Below, one piece after another: positions 8,165-17,057 of a stretch of 58,576 bases of DNA (the first letter of the stretch is position 1; each line of letters opens with the position of its first letter). A program made the position numbers and the translations under genes. Source of the DNA: an uncultured beta proteobacterium. GTDB lineage: Bacteria > Pseudomonadota > Gammaproteobacteria > Burkholderiales > SG8-39. Location of the stretch: assembly GCA_902825905.1 (NCBI GenBank), contig CADECO010000002.1, positions 1-58,576 of the forward strand, in the 5' to 3' direction. A model generated the notes under the pieces. The model saw only the letters and a list, made by a program, of their open reading frames with translations, was not told the DNA's origin and made no database searches.

Positions 8165-9729
8165 TTACCGAAACCCCGCGGACAGTGCCGATTCGGCCCG
8201 AAGTGGCCATGTACGCCGCGTTCGCGCGACTAAATTACAAGCCCTGGTACGCGATCAGCGAGTTTGTCGACAACGCTGTACAGAGCGCGCTATCCAACAT
8301 GGATGCGCTCCGGGCCGCCGACCAGAACTTCCGCCTGAACGTTGAGATTGATATCGACGAGAATCACATTGAGATCCGCGACAACGCGGCGGGAATCTCC
8401 GTTCGCGACTACGCCCGCGCGTTTCTTCCAGCGTCGCCGCCCCCGGACACGAAAGGCCTCTCGGAGTTCGGCCTCGGGATGAAAGCCGCTGCAAGCTGGT
8501 TTGCCTCGCAGTGGTCGGTTCGTACGACCGCTCTCGGCGAGAACGTCGAGCGCGAGATCACCTTCGACATACCTACGATCGTCGCGAGCAATCGCGATCG
8601 GCTAGACGCAATCGAGCGCAGCGCCCATGCCTCCGATCACTACACTGTGTTGTCGCTCGCCAACCTGCACGTTCACCCGCGAGGAAGGACGGTCGGAAGG
8701 ATCAAGGACCACCTTCGAAGCATATACCGTGTTTTTTTGCGCGACCGGCTACTTGAACTTCGCGTGAACGGTGAAAGCCTGAGCTACGAGTCGCCGCCGA
8801 TCTTACACGCGCCCCACCATGCCACTCCCGACGGGTCACCGGTGGAGTGGCGCAAGGACTTCGATCTCGATCTGGGTGATGGACACCGCGTGCGCGGATG
8901 GGCTGCCATTCTCGCAAGGGCGAGCGTAACCAATGCCGGCTTCTCGATCTTTCGTCGTCGTCGGCTCATTCAGGGCAGCTATGGCGAGGGTTACCGGCCC
9001 GAAACAGTCTTTGGCAAGCCGAATAAGTTCGTCTACCAGCGGCTCATCGGTGAGCTGGAGGTTGAAGGCTTCGCGGTAAGTCACACGAAGGACGGCATCC
9101 AATGGGAAGATTGGGAGGATGACATCCTCACCTGGATCAAGGACAAGCTCGATTCGGAGCCACTGCCCTTACTTGATCAGGCTGCCAACTACCGGGCGCG
9201 CGCAGCAATTGACCGGGATGCCATCGGGGAGGCGACGCGTGACCTCAGGAACGCCATCACGCAGCACCTGCCCCCAATCGTTGATCGTCAGCTCAACACC
9301 CCGCCTGACGAGTCGCCCCTAGACGCGCAGCTTCCCCCGCCGCCTGCCGACGCCACGTCACTCCGAACCGAGCAGGTCAGGCTCAATCTTGAGCACTCGC
9401 ACCGGAAATGGATCGTCGATATGGAGCTTTTGACCCATGGAACAGTTGACTCCTGGTATGAGCTTGCCGAACACGAAACGACTGGCGATACGACACGCAT
9501 ACAAATCAGGGTCAACCTCGGGCACCCCTTCATGGTGCGGTTCGTCTCACCTGACGGCGATGAGCTCGTGCCGTTCACCCGCTTGGCCGCCGCGCTTGCT
9601 ATCGCCGAGATCACAGCGCGAGAGCAAGGCGTCCGACAGGCCGGCACGCTGCGAATCAACCTTAACCAGATTCTACGGTCCGCGCTCTCTGGGCCGGTGC
9701 AGCACCAGGAGATCAAACATGGCAGCTGA
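8143..9729 (+). CDS. GHKL-superfamily ATPase (HATPase_c_3 / MORC-like)
   Basis: Bergerat-fold N-box ISEFVDNAVQSA and G1-box IEIRDNAAGIS, then GLSEFGLGMK (G2-like). It overlaps the dcm 3' end by 22 nt. A later start (the M at about 8209) is possible. Confidence 0.8.
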   Translation: MDRESKVITETPRTVPIRPEVAMYAAFARLNYKPWYAISEFVDNAVQSALSNMDALRAADQNFRLNVEIDIDENHIEIRDNAAGISVRDYARAFLPASPPPDTKGLSEFGLGMKAAASWFASQWSVRTTALGENVEREITFDIPTIVASNRDRLDAIERSAHASDHYTVLSLANLHVHPRGRTVGRIKDHLRSIYRVFLRDRLLELRVNGESLSYESPPILHAPHHATPDGSPVEWRKDFDLDLGDGHRVRGWAAILARASVTNAGFSIFRRRRLIQGSYGEGYRPETVFGKPNKFVYQRLIGELEVEGFAVSHTKDGIQWEDWEDDILTWIKDKLDSEPLPLLDQAANYRARAAIDRDAIGEATRDLRNAITQHLPPIVDRQLNTPPDESPLDAQLPPPPADATSLRTEQVRLNLEHSHRKWIVDMELLTHGTVDSWYELAEHETTGDTTRIQIRVNLGHPFMVRFVSPDGDELVPFTRLAAALAIAEITAREQGVRQAGTLRINLNQILRSALSGPVQHQEIKHGS

Positions 9730-11872
9730 CGCTGATCACATCGAGGTCCTTCCGCCAGGCGACGAGCCGGGGCGTTGGCAGCCGGTCGTAGGCGATGTGA
9801 CCACGCAGCTTCGCGAGTATTTCCTCGATAGCCGCCTCTTGCCTACAAGGGAAGGCGCTGATCGCGTTATCGCCGAAGCACATCACGTGTTGCAACGATG
9901 CAACTCCCCGAGGAGCAACGCCCCGCGACGAATCGGGCTTGTATGCGGGTATGTCCAGAGCGGAAAGACCGCCTCCATGACGGCGGTCGCCGCTCTTGCC
10001 CGCGACAACGGTTTTCGAATCATCCTCCTCCTTGCGGGAGTTACGACCAACCTCGTCATCCAGAATCGTGATCGCATGGAGACGCAGCTTCGCGAGGCCG
10101 CGCCGGAATGGACGTGGCTCATGGTTTCGAATCCGCGCCTCCCGAACGGCTTGCCACCGATCGAGGGGCTCGTGCAGGAGTGGCGCAGCGAACACTACGA
10201 CGAGCGCGACCGGCGAACGCTCTTCATCACGGTCATGAAGAACCACCGTCATTTGGCCAATTTGGCCGCGCTGCTCTCACGCGTCGACCTGCGGGGTATC
10301 CCAGCCATCATCTTCGATGACGAGGCCGATCAAGCCAGCCTCAATACGCGGCCGAATGACCCGCTAGCCAGCACGACCTACCGGAAGATCGAAGAACTCC
10401 GCGATACAGTGCCGACTCACACGTACTTGCAATACACGGCTACGCCGCAGGCACCGCTTCTCATTACGCGGATCGATTCGCTCTCTGCCGACTTCGCGGA
10501 ACTCGTATCTCCTGGCGACGGCTATACCGGTGGCCAAGAGTTCTTCCGAGGACCGCTTCCCCTCGTCGAAACGATTCCTCCGGCGGACATCTTTCCCGAC
10601 GGGCAGCTACTGGTTGAGCCACCTGAGAGTATGGTACGTGCGATGCAAGTTTTCTTTACGGGAGTCGCGGCTGGCAGGCTCCAACCGGTGAGATCGCACC
10701 GCTCTATGCTCTTGCACCCGTCACGGGCCACTGATACGCATCGTCGTTATCACGACTGGGCAAACGCGCTCAAGGATATTTGGCATCGGACCCTCCTCGA
10801 TCACAACGAGCCTGATCGGCCGGAGCTCATCGAGGAGTTTCGCCGAGCCCATACCGACCTCGCCGGCACCCTCGACAACTTGCCCCCTTTCGATCAGCTC
10901 CTTGCGAGACTTCCAGTGGCAATCAACCAGACGGCGATCACACTCGTCAACTCGGTCGATGGACACGAGGTGCCATGGCAGAACGGATACTCACATATTC
11001 TCGTCGGCGGGGAAAAGCTCGGTCGCGGCTACACTGTAAAGGGCCTAACTGTGACGTACATGCCGAGATCTCCGGGCGGGTGGACAGCGGACACGATCCA
11101 GCAGCGAGCGCGATTCTTCGGTTATCACAGGGATTATCTCGGCTACTGCAGGGTGTACCTACACCAAGAAGTCCGCACCGCTTACGTTTCCTACGTGACG
11201 CATGAGGATGACATGCGGGCTCGGCTCACCGAGCACAGCGGAAGGCCACTCCAGGAGTGGCGCCGGATGTTCTACTTGGACGAACGGCTCGCTCCCACGC
11301 GACGAAACATCCTCGCGAGCCCCTGGATGCGCGCGAGCCTTGATCGCGACGGATGGTTCGCACCAAAAGGTCCCCAAAACGCACCGGAGGACGGTCGCCA
11401 CAACGCAAGGCTTCTCAGCCGTCTCGACGGGCTCGATTTCACACCGCATGAAGAATATCCGCGCCATTCCTACGCAGTCATGTACCTGCGGGACCTCTAC
11501 GAGCAGGTGCTCGTTCCGTTGTCGTATCTGCATGAAAATGACGCCTTGGGGTTATGCGTCGTGAACTGCAATATCAAGACGCTGATCGAGAACGACAACG
11601 ATGCACGGTGTCTCGTGTATCGGATGGATGCGGGACAGCCCCCTCGCGTTCGCCAGCTAACCAATGGGCTCATTCCGCAAGTGTTCCAAGGTCGGTCCAG
11701 CGCGGGAGCAGCTTCGTATCCGGGCGATCGGGCATTTTTCGATCAAACGATGACCACCGTGCAGTTGCACAACCTTCACCTGCAAGAGGGTAACAACCAT
11801 ATCGGTGACTTCCTGATCATCGCCATCAGGCTGGGTCGTCACAAAGCGCTCTTAGTTCACGACGATCCGTAA
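9719..11872 (+). CDS. Z1-domain-type P-loop NTPase (SF2 helicase-like)
   Basis: I chose the ATG at 9719, which overlaps the upstream stop by 11 nt; the track ORF from 9437 runs in a shadow frame of the GHKL gene. It has Walker A (CGYVQSGKTAS) and a DEAD-like Walker B (IIFDDEADQAS). The long C-terminal region contains GEKLGRGYTVKGL, as I recall for Z1 proteins. Confidence 0.8.
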   Translation: MAADADHIEVLPPGDEPGRWQPVVGDVTTQLREYFLDSRLLPTREGADRVIAEAHHVLQRCNSPRSNAPRRIGLVCGYVQSGKTASMTAVAALARDNGFRIILLLAGVTTNLVIQNRDRMETQLREAAPEWTWLMVSNPRLPNGLPPIEGLVQEWRSEHYDERDRRTLFITVMKNHRHLANLAALLSRVDLRGIPAIIFDDEADQASLNTRPNDPLASTTYRKIEELRDTVPTHTYLQYTATPQAPLLITRIDSLSADFAELVSPGDGYTGGQEFFRGPLPLVETIPPADIFPDGQLLVEPPESMVRAMQVFFTGVAAGRLQPVRSHRSMLLHPSRATDTHRRYHDWANALKDIWHRTLLDHNEPDRPELIEEFRRAHTDLAGTLDNLPPFDQLLARLPVAINQTAITLVNSVDGHEVPWQNGYSHILVGGEKLGRGYTVKGLTVTYMPRSPGGWTADTIQQRARFFGYHRDYLGYCRVYLHQEVRTAYVSYVTHEDDMRARLTEHSGRPLQEWRRMFYLDERLAPTRRNILASPWMRASLDRDGWFAPKGPQNAPEDGRHNARLLSRLDGLDFTPHEEYPRHSYAVMYLRDLYEQVLVPLSYLHENDALGLCVVNCNIKTLIENDNDARCLVYRMDAGQPPRVRQLTNGLIPQVFQGRSSAGAASYPGDRAFFDQTMTTVQLHNLHLQEGNNHIGDFLIIAIRLGRHKALLVHDDP

Positions 11873-11875
11873 GAG

Positions 11876-12871
11876 ATGCACGACCTCGCCACGCTGTTCC
11901 GTTCACTCCCGGCCATCGTCGGCTCCGACGACTGCTATGCCGTGCAGCCCGTTGGTACGCGAGAGCGGTACCGGATTGGCCGCGACGCCGTAGGCAATCC
12001 TGCGCTCCTCATCGCAACTGAGCCTGCAACCCAGCGGGCGTCGGCCTTGCCGCTCGAGTTTTCAAATCTTTCGTTTCGACCACGCTGTCAGTGCCGGGTA
12101 AGGCAAGACGCGTTACCTGACGTTATCCAAACATTGGCGGTGCTGAAGTGCACGACCGACGACGCAGCGCTCCGCGAGTACTTTCTCCGCTCTCTATCGG
12201 GTGCGCTCGACGTGCTGCCTGACGTCCCCACAGAGCAGACCCTGATTGAGGCTGTGTTGAGGCTCGTCGAATTGTTCCGTGCGCTTGAGGCACCGCCTCG
12301 GAAGTCGCTCCAGGGGCTGTGGTGCGAACTCTTCTTGATATCGAGGTCTACTCAGATTCGTCAAGCGGCCCTTGCCTGGCACAGCGATCCGATAGCCCTC
12401 TTCGATTTCACCGCTGGTACTGATCGCTTAGAGGTCAAGTCAGCAGTGGGTGGAATTCGCCGACACCACTTCAGCCTTCAGCAGCTCACACCTCCCAATG
12501 GGGTTTGCGCCGTGGTCGCATCCTTCCTACTTGAAGAAAGCGGCGGCGGATTATCCATCGCCGCACTGTGGGACGAGATCGCCGGCCGGCGGGAGCTAAC
12601 CACCGAGGCCAAGAACCGCCTGTTGCATGTGCTTACGATTGCCTTGGGCCGCGATTGGCGAAAGGCCAATCGGGTTGCTTTCGATCCCGAGATTGCACTG
12701 CGCGATCTACGATTGTACGAGGCGACCGCGATTCCAAAGGTCTCCCTGAGCATCCCTGTAGAAGTGAGTGAGGTCCATTTCTGCTCGGAACTCACCGATG
12801 TTCCTACAATCTCTCTTGCGGCGGCAGCGCGTAGGGGAGGCCTCTTTCAAGCCCTCTTTCAGCGGGCGTAG
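11876..12871 (+). CDS. PD-(D/E)XK-motif protein (DUF4420-like putative nuclease)
   Basis: A candidate nuclease core is ALFDFTAGTDRLEVKSAVG (D...EVK). The size and position (after Z1, before vsr) match the 'PD-(D/E)XK motif protein' I recall from this neighbourhood. The start lies 3 nt after the Z1 stop. Confidence 0.6.
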   Translation: MHDLATLFRSLPAIVGSDDCYAVQPVGTRERYRIGRDAVGNPALLIATEPATQRASALPLEFSNLSFRPRCQCRVRQDALPDVIQTLAVLKCTTDDAALREYFLRSLSGALDVLPDVPTEQTLIEAVLRLVELFRALEAPPRKSLQGLWCELFLISRSTQIRQAALAWHSDPIALFDFTAGTDRLEVKSAVGGIRRHHFSLQQLTPPNGVCAVVASFLLEESGGGLSIAALWDEIAGRRELTTEAKNRLLHVLTIALGRDWRKANRVAFDPEIALRDLRLYEATAIPKVSLSIPVEVSEVHFCSELTDVPTISLAAAARRGGLFQALFQRA

Positions 12872-13353
12872 TGAAGCCACCTCCGAGATTTTCTGGTTTC
12901 ACACCCAAGAACGCTCGCGCGTCTGCCGCGGCGCGGGGCGCAAGCAAGAAAGCAGGAACAAGCCCCGAGCTAACGCTCCGAGCAGCCATTTGGCGAAGAG
13001 GCCACCGGTTCAGAACAAATAGGGCTGATCTTCCCGGCTGCCCTGACATCGTGTTCGCCAGACCACGCATTGCGGTCTTCGTCGATGGCGACTTCTGGCA
13101 TGGCAACAACTGGAGCGCGCGAAAAGAAAAGCTGGTCCGTGGGCACAACGCTCAGTATTGGATTGCCAAGATCGAAGCCAACATGACTCGCGATGTTACG
13201 CGCACTCAGCAGTTACGCGCCGAGGGATGGAGAGTCATTCGTGTATGGGAATCGCAGATTGCGCGTGATCTCGACCGTGTGATTCGGGATATTGAGTGCG
13301 ATATTCGCTCCGAACGTTCTGCGGCAAGGCCTGCGCGGTCAATTGCACCTTGA
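12871..13353 (+). CDS. vsr: Very short patch repair endonuclease
   Basis: TSPELTLRAAIWRRGHRFR....LPGCPDIVFARPRIAVFVDGDFWHG...........YW..KI..N..RD......L...GW.V.RVWE is the canonical Vsr signature. The GTG start overlaps the preceding stop by 1 nt. Confidence 0.9.
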   Translation: MKPPPRFSGFTPKNARASAAARGASKKAGTSPELTLRAAIWRRGHRFRTNRADLPGCPDIVFARPRIAVFVDGDFWHGNNWSARKEKLVRGHNAQYWIAKIEANMTRDVTRTQQLRAEGWRVIRVWESQIARDLDRVIRDIECDIRSERSAARPARSIAP

Positions 13354-13845
13354 CGCACTCGGCACTGTCTAGCCTTTCGCCGCACGCCACCAAGGAAGAG
13401 TGGCCGGCCGGTGGCTGTGGTCGGATGATCGACCTGGCTTTCCAGTCGGCTGGTACAAACGCGGCATCCTGACCAGGGGCAATCTGCTGAGCGTCAGCTC
13501 GCGGTCGGGTGCGCCAGTTGGCGCCATTAGGCAGCAGACGTTCAAACGACATCAACCTCCTGGAGCATTGGCAAGGTCAGCAGTGCCATTGATACCGGTC
13601 CTTAAGGCGCGAGGGGCCGATGACGCCGCGATGGCCACAACAATGTGTCCGAGACGGTGCGTTGAGCGGGCGGCTGTCATCGACAGGAACCCTTAACGGT
13701 GGGCTAAACCGCTCTCGCCGTTTTACTCCAATGCTGCATTGTCGAAACTGGTCACATCATCAGTGAATGTCGTGTCATTACGCGTCCTTTTCACGATCTC
13801 AAATTGGAGCGTAGCTAGACTGCCCTGGCACTGTGGAGTCCAGCC

Positions 13846-14967
13846 ATGCCAGGCAACCCGCTCATCGCACCGATCCTCGAACTCATCGAGAGCGATTCGT
13901 ACACCGACATCGCGTTGCGCCCTGGCGCCGAAACTCGAATCAAGACCCCGCGCGGCTGGTTGCCGATCAGTGAGCTCGCAAAGGGTAGTCGCCCGCAGAT
14001 CGTAGAACGCGAGTGGCTGGTTCGATTCGTCGCGCAGGTGAGCGGCGATGATCGCTGGCTCGACAAGCTTCGCGAGTCGAAGCAAAGCCTCGCGTTCATG
14101 TTTCCATTCGATCCGAAGCAATTGCGATTGCGCTGCAAGGTGGCCCTGTGCGCGGATCCATCGGGGAATCAGTCGGACTTCACTGTCCACATCCGCAACC
14201 TCCCCATGAAAGTCCCTGCGGTTGCCGCCACCGGCCTGCCGCAATCGATCACCAATCTTCTTCCCCAATCGGGTGGCCTGCTGATCGTCTCGGGTACGAT
14301 CGGTTGCGGCAAGACGACAACGCTTGCAAGCCTCATCAACTGGATCAACGAGACGCGCTACGCCAACGTCATCACGCTCGAGCACCTCACCGAGTACGTG
14401 TTCACCCCGCACAAGTCGATGATCACGCAGCGCACCGTGCCCGATCCGGTGCCCAGTTTCCTGCAGGGTATCCAGGATGCGCTCGACGGCCAGGCGGTCG
14501 ATGTGCTGATGATCGGCGAGGTCGTAGACAAGCCCACGATGGATGCGATGCTGCGCGCCGCCGAAAGCGGTCATCTAGTGCTTGCGACCATGCACGCGCG
14601 CAACGCGGTGGGTGCGATCTCGCGCATCGTCGACATGTTCTCGGGGGACGAGCAGCGGCTGCGCTTGGGCATGCTCGCCGACAAGCTGATCGGCGTGATC
14701 AGCCAGAAGTTGATTCCGCATCGTAACGGCGATCGCTACGCGCTCGCCTACGAAATCCTACAGAACAACCGCCCGGCGATCGCCGATGCGATCCGCACCA
14801 ACAGCACCGCGGACCTCCAGGCGCAGATGCAACAAGGGGCCGAGCACGGTATGGTGACGATGAACCAAAGTTTGCGAAAGCTCGTCCGCGAGCAAAAAAT
14901 CGAGCGCCAGAGCGCGCTGAGCTTTTCGTATGACAAGTCCGAGCTTGCCACGTTGTTGTCAGCCTGA
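13846..14967 (+). CDS. pilT: PilT/PilU-family type IV pilus retraction-type ATPase
   Basis: Walker A GTIGCGKTTT, Asp-box ITLEHLTEYVF, Walker B DVLMIGEV, His-box GHLVLATMHA. The PilT-like C-terminus reads GMVTMNQSLRKLVREQKIERQSAL. The 373-aa length fits PilT/PilU rather than VirB11. Confidence 0.85.
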   Translation: MPGNPLIAPILELIESDSYTDIALRPGAETRIKTPRGWLPISELAKGSRPQIVEREWLVRFVAQVSGDDRWLDKLRESKQSLAFMFPFDPKQLRLRCKVALCADPSGNQSDFTVHIRNLPMKVPAVAATGLPQSITNLLPQSGGLLIVSGTIGCGKTTTLASLINWINETRYANVITLEHLTEYVFTPHKSMITQRTVPDPVPSFLQGIQDALDGQAVDVLMIGEVVDKPTMDAMLRAAESGHLVLATMHARNAVGAISRIVDMFSGDEQRLRLGMLADKLIGVISQKLIPHRNGDRYALAYEILQNNRPAIADAIRTNSTADLQAQMQQGAEHGMVTMNQSLRKLVREQKIERQSALSFSYDKSELATLLSA

Positions 14968-14998
14968 ACCGGCCGCCGGGACTGGAGACAGACGCGCC

Positions 14999-15478
14999 AT
15001 GCAGGTAGCGGTGAACACAGTGGTCACGCTGCTTTGCGACATCACCGATGTCAGCGGCCGCCCGCTCGCGCTCGGCGAGCGCATTACCTATCTGCATGGC
15101 GGCGACGAGGCCCTTCTTCCCGGCCTTCAAGCCGCGTTGCTCGGAAAGAGCATCGACGACGAGGTGTCACTCGAGTTATCGCCGGAAGACGCCTACGGCG
15201 AGTACGACGCGCGACTGGTCTACAGTGAGCGGCGCGACGCGTTGCCCCCGGACGTGGCGATTGGCGCAACCTACCAGCGCGAGAACGAGATCCCGAGCAT
15301 CACTGGCCCGCTGGTCTATCGCGTCATCGACATCGACGAGGCGAACGCCGTGCTCGATGCCAATCATCCGCTCGCCGGCAAGACCATTCGCGTGCATTGC
15401 AGGATCACCAACGTCGAACCCGCGACGTCCGTGTCGGCAGTGCTCGACAGCGCGCGTTCGAAATTGCGAAACCGCTGA
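14999..15478 (+). CDS. FKBP-type peptidyl-prolyl isomerase, SlyD-like
   Basis: I chose the internal ATG at 14999. V.....V.L.......G......E.I.YLHGG..LLPGL..AL.GKS.DDE....L.PEDAYGEYD..L........LP.......G............V.......V.LD.NHPLAGK....... matches the SlyD/FkpB IF-domain architecture. No His-rich tail is present. Confidence 0.75.
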   Translation: MQVAVNTVVTLLCDITDVSGRPLALGERITYLHGGDEALLPGLQAALLGKSIDDEVSLELSPEDAYGEYDARLVYSERRDALPPDVAIGATYQRENEIPSITGPLVYRVIDIDEANAVLDANHPLAGKTIRVHCRITNVEPATSVSAVLDSARSKLRNR

Positions 15479-15931
15479 CGGCTCGTTCGACGACAGGATT
15501 GCGCTCGTAGCCAACTCGGCAAATCGAGTGACGGATAGCGTCGCGGTCGACCCACGACGCCTTTGAAAGAGAACATCTTCTTGGCCGTCGCGCCCCATTG
15601 ACGCTCGACGCGATCCCGCCGCGCACGCACGAAACGAAATCCACGCGATTGACGCGCCGCTTCGCGCGTGCCTAGCATCTCCGCGCATTTGCCCTTCAGC
15701 GTTGCATTCGCTGAGAACGGTCGGATGGCGTCCGACGACCTGTACACCTCGTTAAGTACCGGGAACGAAGCCCGGGCACTCAATCGCTCGTAGTTCGCGC
15801 GTCCTGGCAGGAGGCATCCTCGCCGTCGCGCACCTTCACACCCCGGTACGGGATAGCACCACTCCCGTACCGCGGGCGCGTGGTCGCTTCCTTTGCGCTG
15901 GGGTTTTCATCACCAGACCAAAGGAGGCCAC

Positions 15932-16123
15932 ATGATCAGCTACGCTGAGCAGAAAGCTTTCGTCGTCACCGCGCGTTACGGCGTGGACGCACGCGAAGCC
16001 CCGCACTTCATCCAAACCATCGATACGCTGGCTCGCCAGGGACAAGTCGCGTACTCCGTACGCAACGAAATCCGCCGCGAGCTGAAGACCCAGGGCTATC
16101 GGCTTCCTCCACGCGCGCGATGA
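15932..16123 (+). CDS. Hypothetical small protein
   Basis: The ATG at 15932 is preceded by AAGGAGG. The 63-aa product is MISYAEQKAFVVTARYGVDAREAPHFIQTIDTLARQGQVAYSVRNEIRRELKTQGY... I recognise no family. Confidence 0.5.
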   Translation: MISYAEQKAFVVTARYGVDAREAPHFIQTIDTLARQGQVAYSVRNEIRRELKTQGYRLPPRAR

Positions 16124-16134
16124 AGGGGGAAGCC

Positions 16135-16392
16135 ATGACCCTTCGCACTCTTCAGACCTTTCGCACCCCTCCTGCTGTGCGTTCTTGTCTTGCCCCGCAC
16201 GGTGAAGTCCCCACCCGTTCGATCATTGCGCGTGCGCTTGCCACCTTCAGCATTCCTCAGCTCGAGGATACGGAGCGCGAGCTCACCGCGGCGATCCAGG
16301 ATGGTCGGCTTCATCGTCAGGGCCAACAAGCGCTTACGAAAGTCCGCTCGACCTTGGCTAGGCGAAAGCTAGCCGCCGCCTTCGCCGAGTAG
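16135..16392 (+). CDS. Hypothetical small protein
   Basis: ATG at 16135 after GGGGGAAG. It lies in series with the neighbouring + strand genes. I recognise no family. Confidence 0.45.
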   Translation: MTLRTLQTFRTPPAVRSCLAPHGEVPTRSIIARALATFSIPQLEDTERELTAAIQDGRLHRQGQQALTKVRSTLARRKLAAAFAE

Positions 16393-16456
16393 AGATGCCG
16401 AACGGCGTGATCCGGTGCAGCAATGCGCCGGTCGCGCTATCTGGCGGGAGACTTCG

Positions 16457-16966
16457 ATGACAGCGCTCACGCAACTCCTTCTTCCGTACGTTCTGTTGGG
16501 CTGCATCGCGCTTTGGCTGTTACGCAAGCGGGCCGTGAGGCTGCGCCTGCGTTATCGCCATTGGTGCGAGCAACTCGATGAGAAAGAGCGGATGAAGCGA
16601 ATTCACGCAGCCGCTTGCGTTGCATATCGGGCATCGGGGCCGATGTCCCAGGCGGCGTTTCACACCGAAATGAAACCGACAACGACGCCGCCAGGGCCGG
16701 CCGTGCCCGCGCATGCGACGCAGTCGGTCAACACGGGACACCGTTCGGCCGCTGTACCGCCGAGCACCCACTACGCCCGATTCGATGTTCCCGCTTATGT
16801 CCGCAAGGGAATCCAGTTCGAGCTCTTCCCGCCGGCGGCTCCAGCATCACCGACGATCCAATGCGAGTTGAACAGCGCCGCGGCCACGGCGCGCGCGGCA
16901 GCACTGCCGCAACGCTCGCCCGATCGGATCGAAGTCGAAGAGCCGGTCGGCCTGCACGAGCAATAG
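16457..16966 (+). CDS. Hypothetical N-terminally membrane-anchored protein with Pro-rich linker
   Basis: An ATG at 16457 gives the TM helix MTALTQLLLPYVLLGCIALWLL followed by RKR. It contains an internal FDVPAYVRKG motif (see findings). Confidence 0.5.
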   Translation: MTALTQLLLPYVLLGCIALWLLRKRAVRLRLRYRHWCEQLDEKERMKRIHAAACVAYRASGPMSQAAFHTEMKPTTTPPGPAVPAHATQSVNTGHRSAAVPPSTHYARFDVPAYVRKGIQFELFPPAAPASPTIQCELNSAAATARAAALPQRSPDRIEVEEPVGLHEQ

Positions 16967-17007
16967 GTTGCCCGATCGCGAACGAATCACCTCAACGTAT
17001 CCAACTC

Positions 17008-17034
17008 GAGGCAGCTTCGGCTGCCTCTTTTTTT
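17008..17034 (+). terminator. Rho-independent terminator
   Basis: GAGGCAGC-TTCG-GCTGCCTC followed by TTTTTTT. Confidence 0.65.
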
Positions 17035-17057
17035 GCCCGAGAACAGGAGAAGAAATC

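Noticed and set aside
13235-13555. 106-aa minus-strand ORF in the vsr-pilT intergenic region
   Set aside because: It overlaps the vsr 3' end by about 120 nt. It has no SD sequence, no motif and an odd composition, so the evidence is insufficient to call it.
13723-14574. 283-aa minus-strand ORF
   Set aside because: It lies antisense to the PilT-like gene, which has complete Walker, Asp-box and His-box motifs. Its composition is shadow-like.
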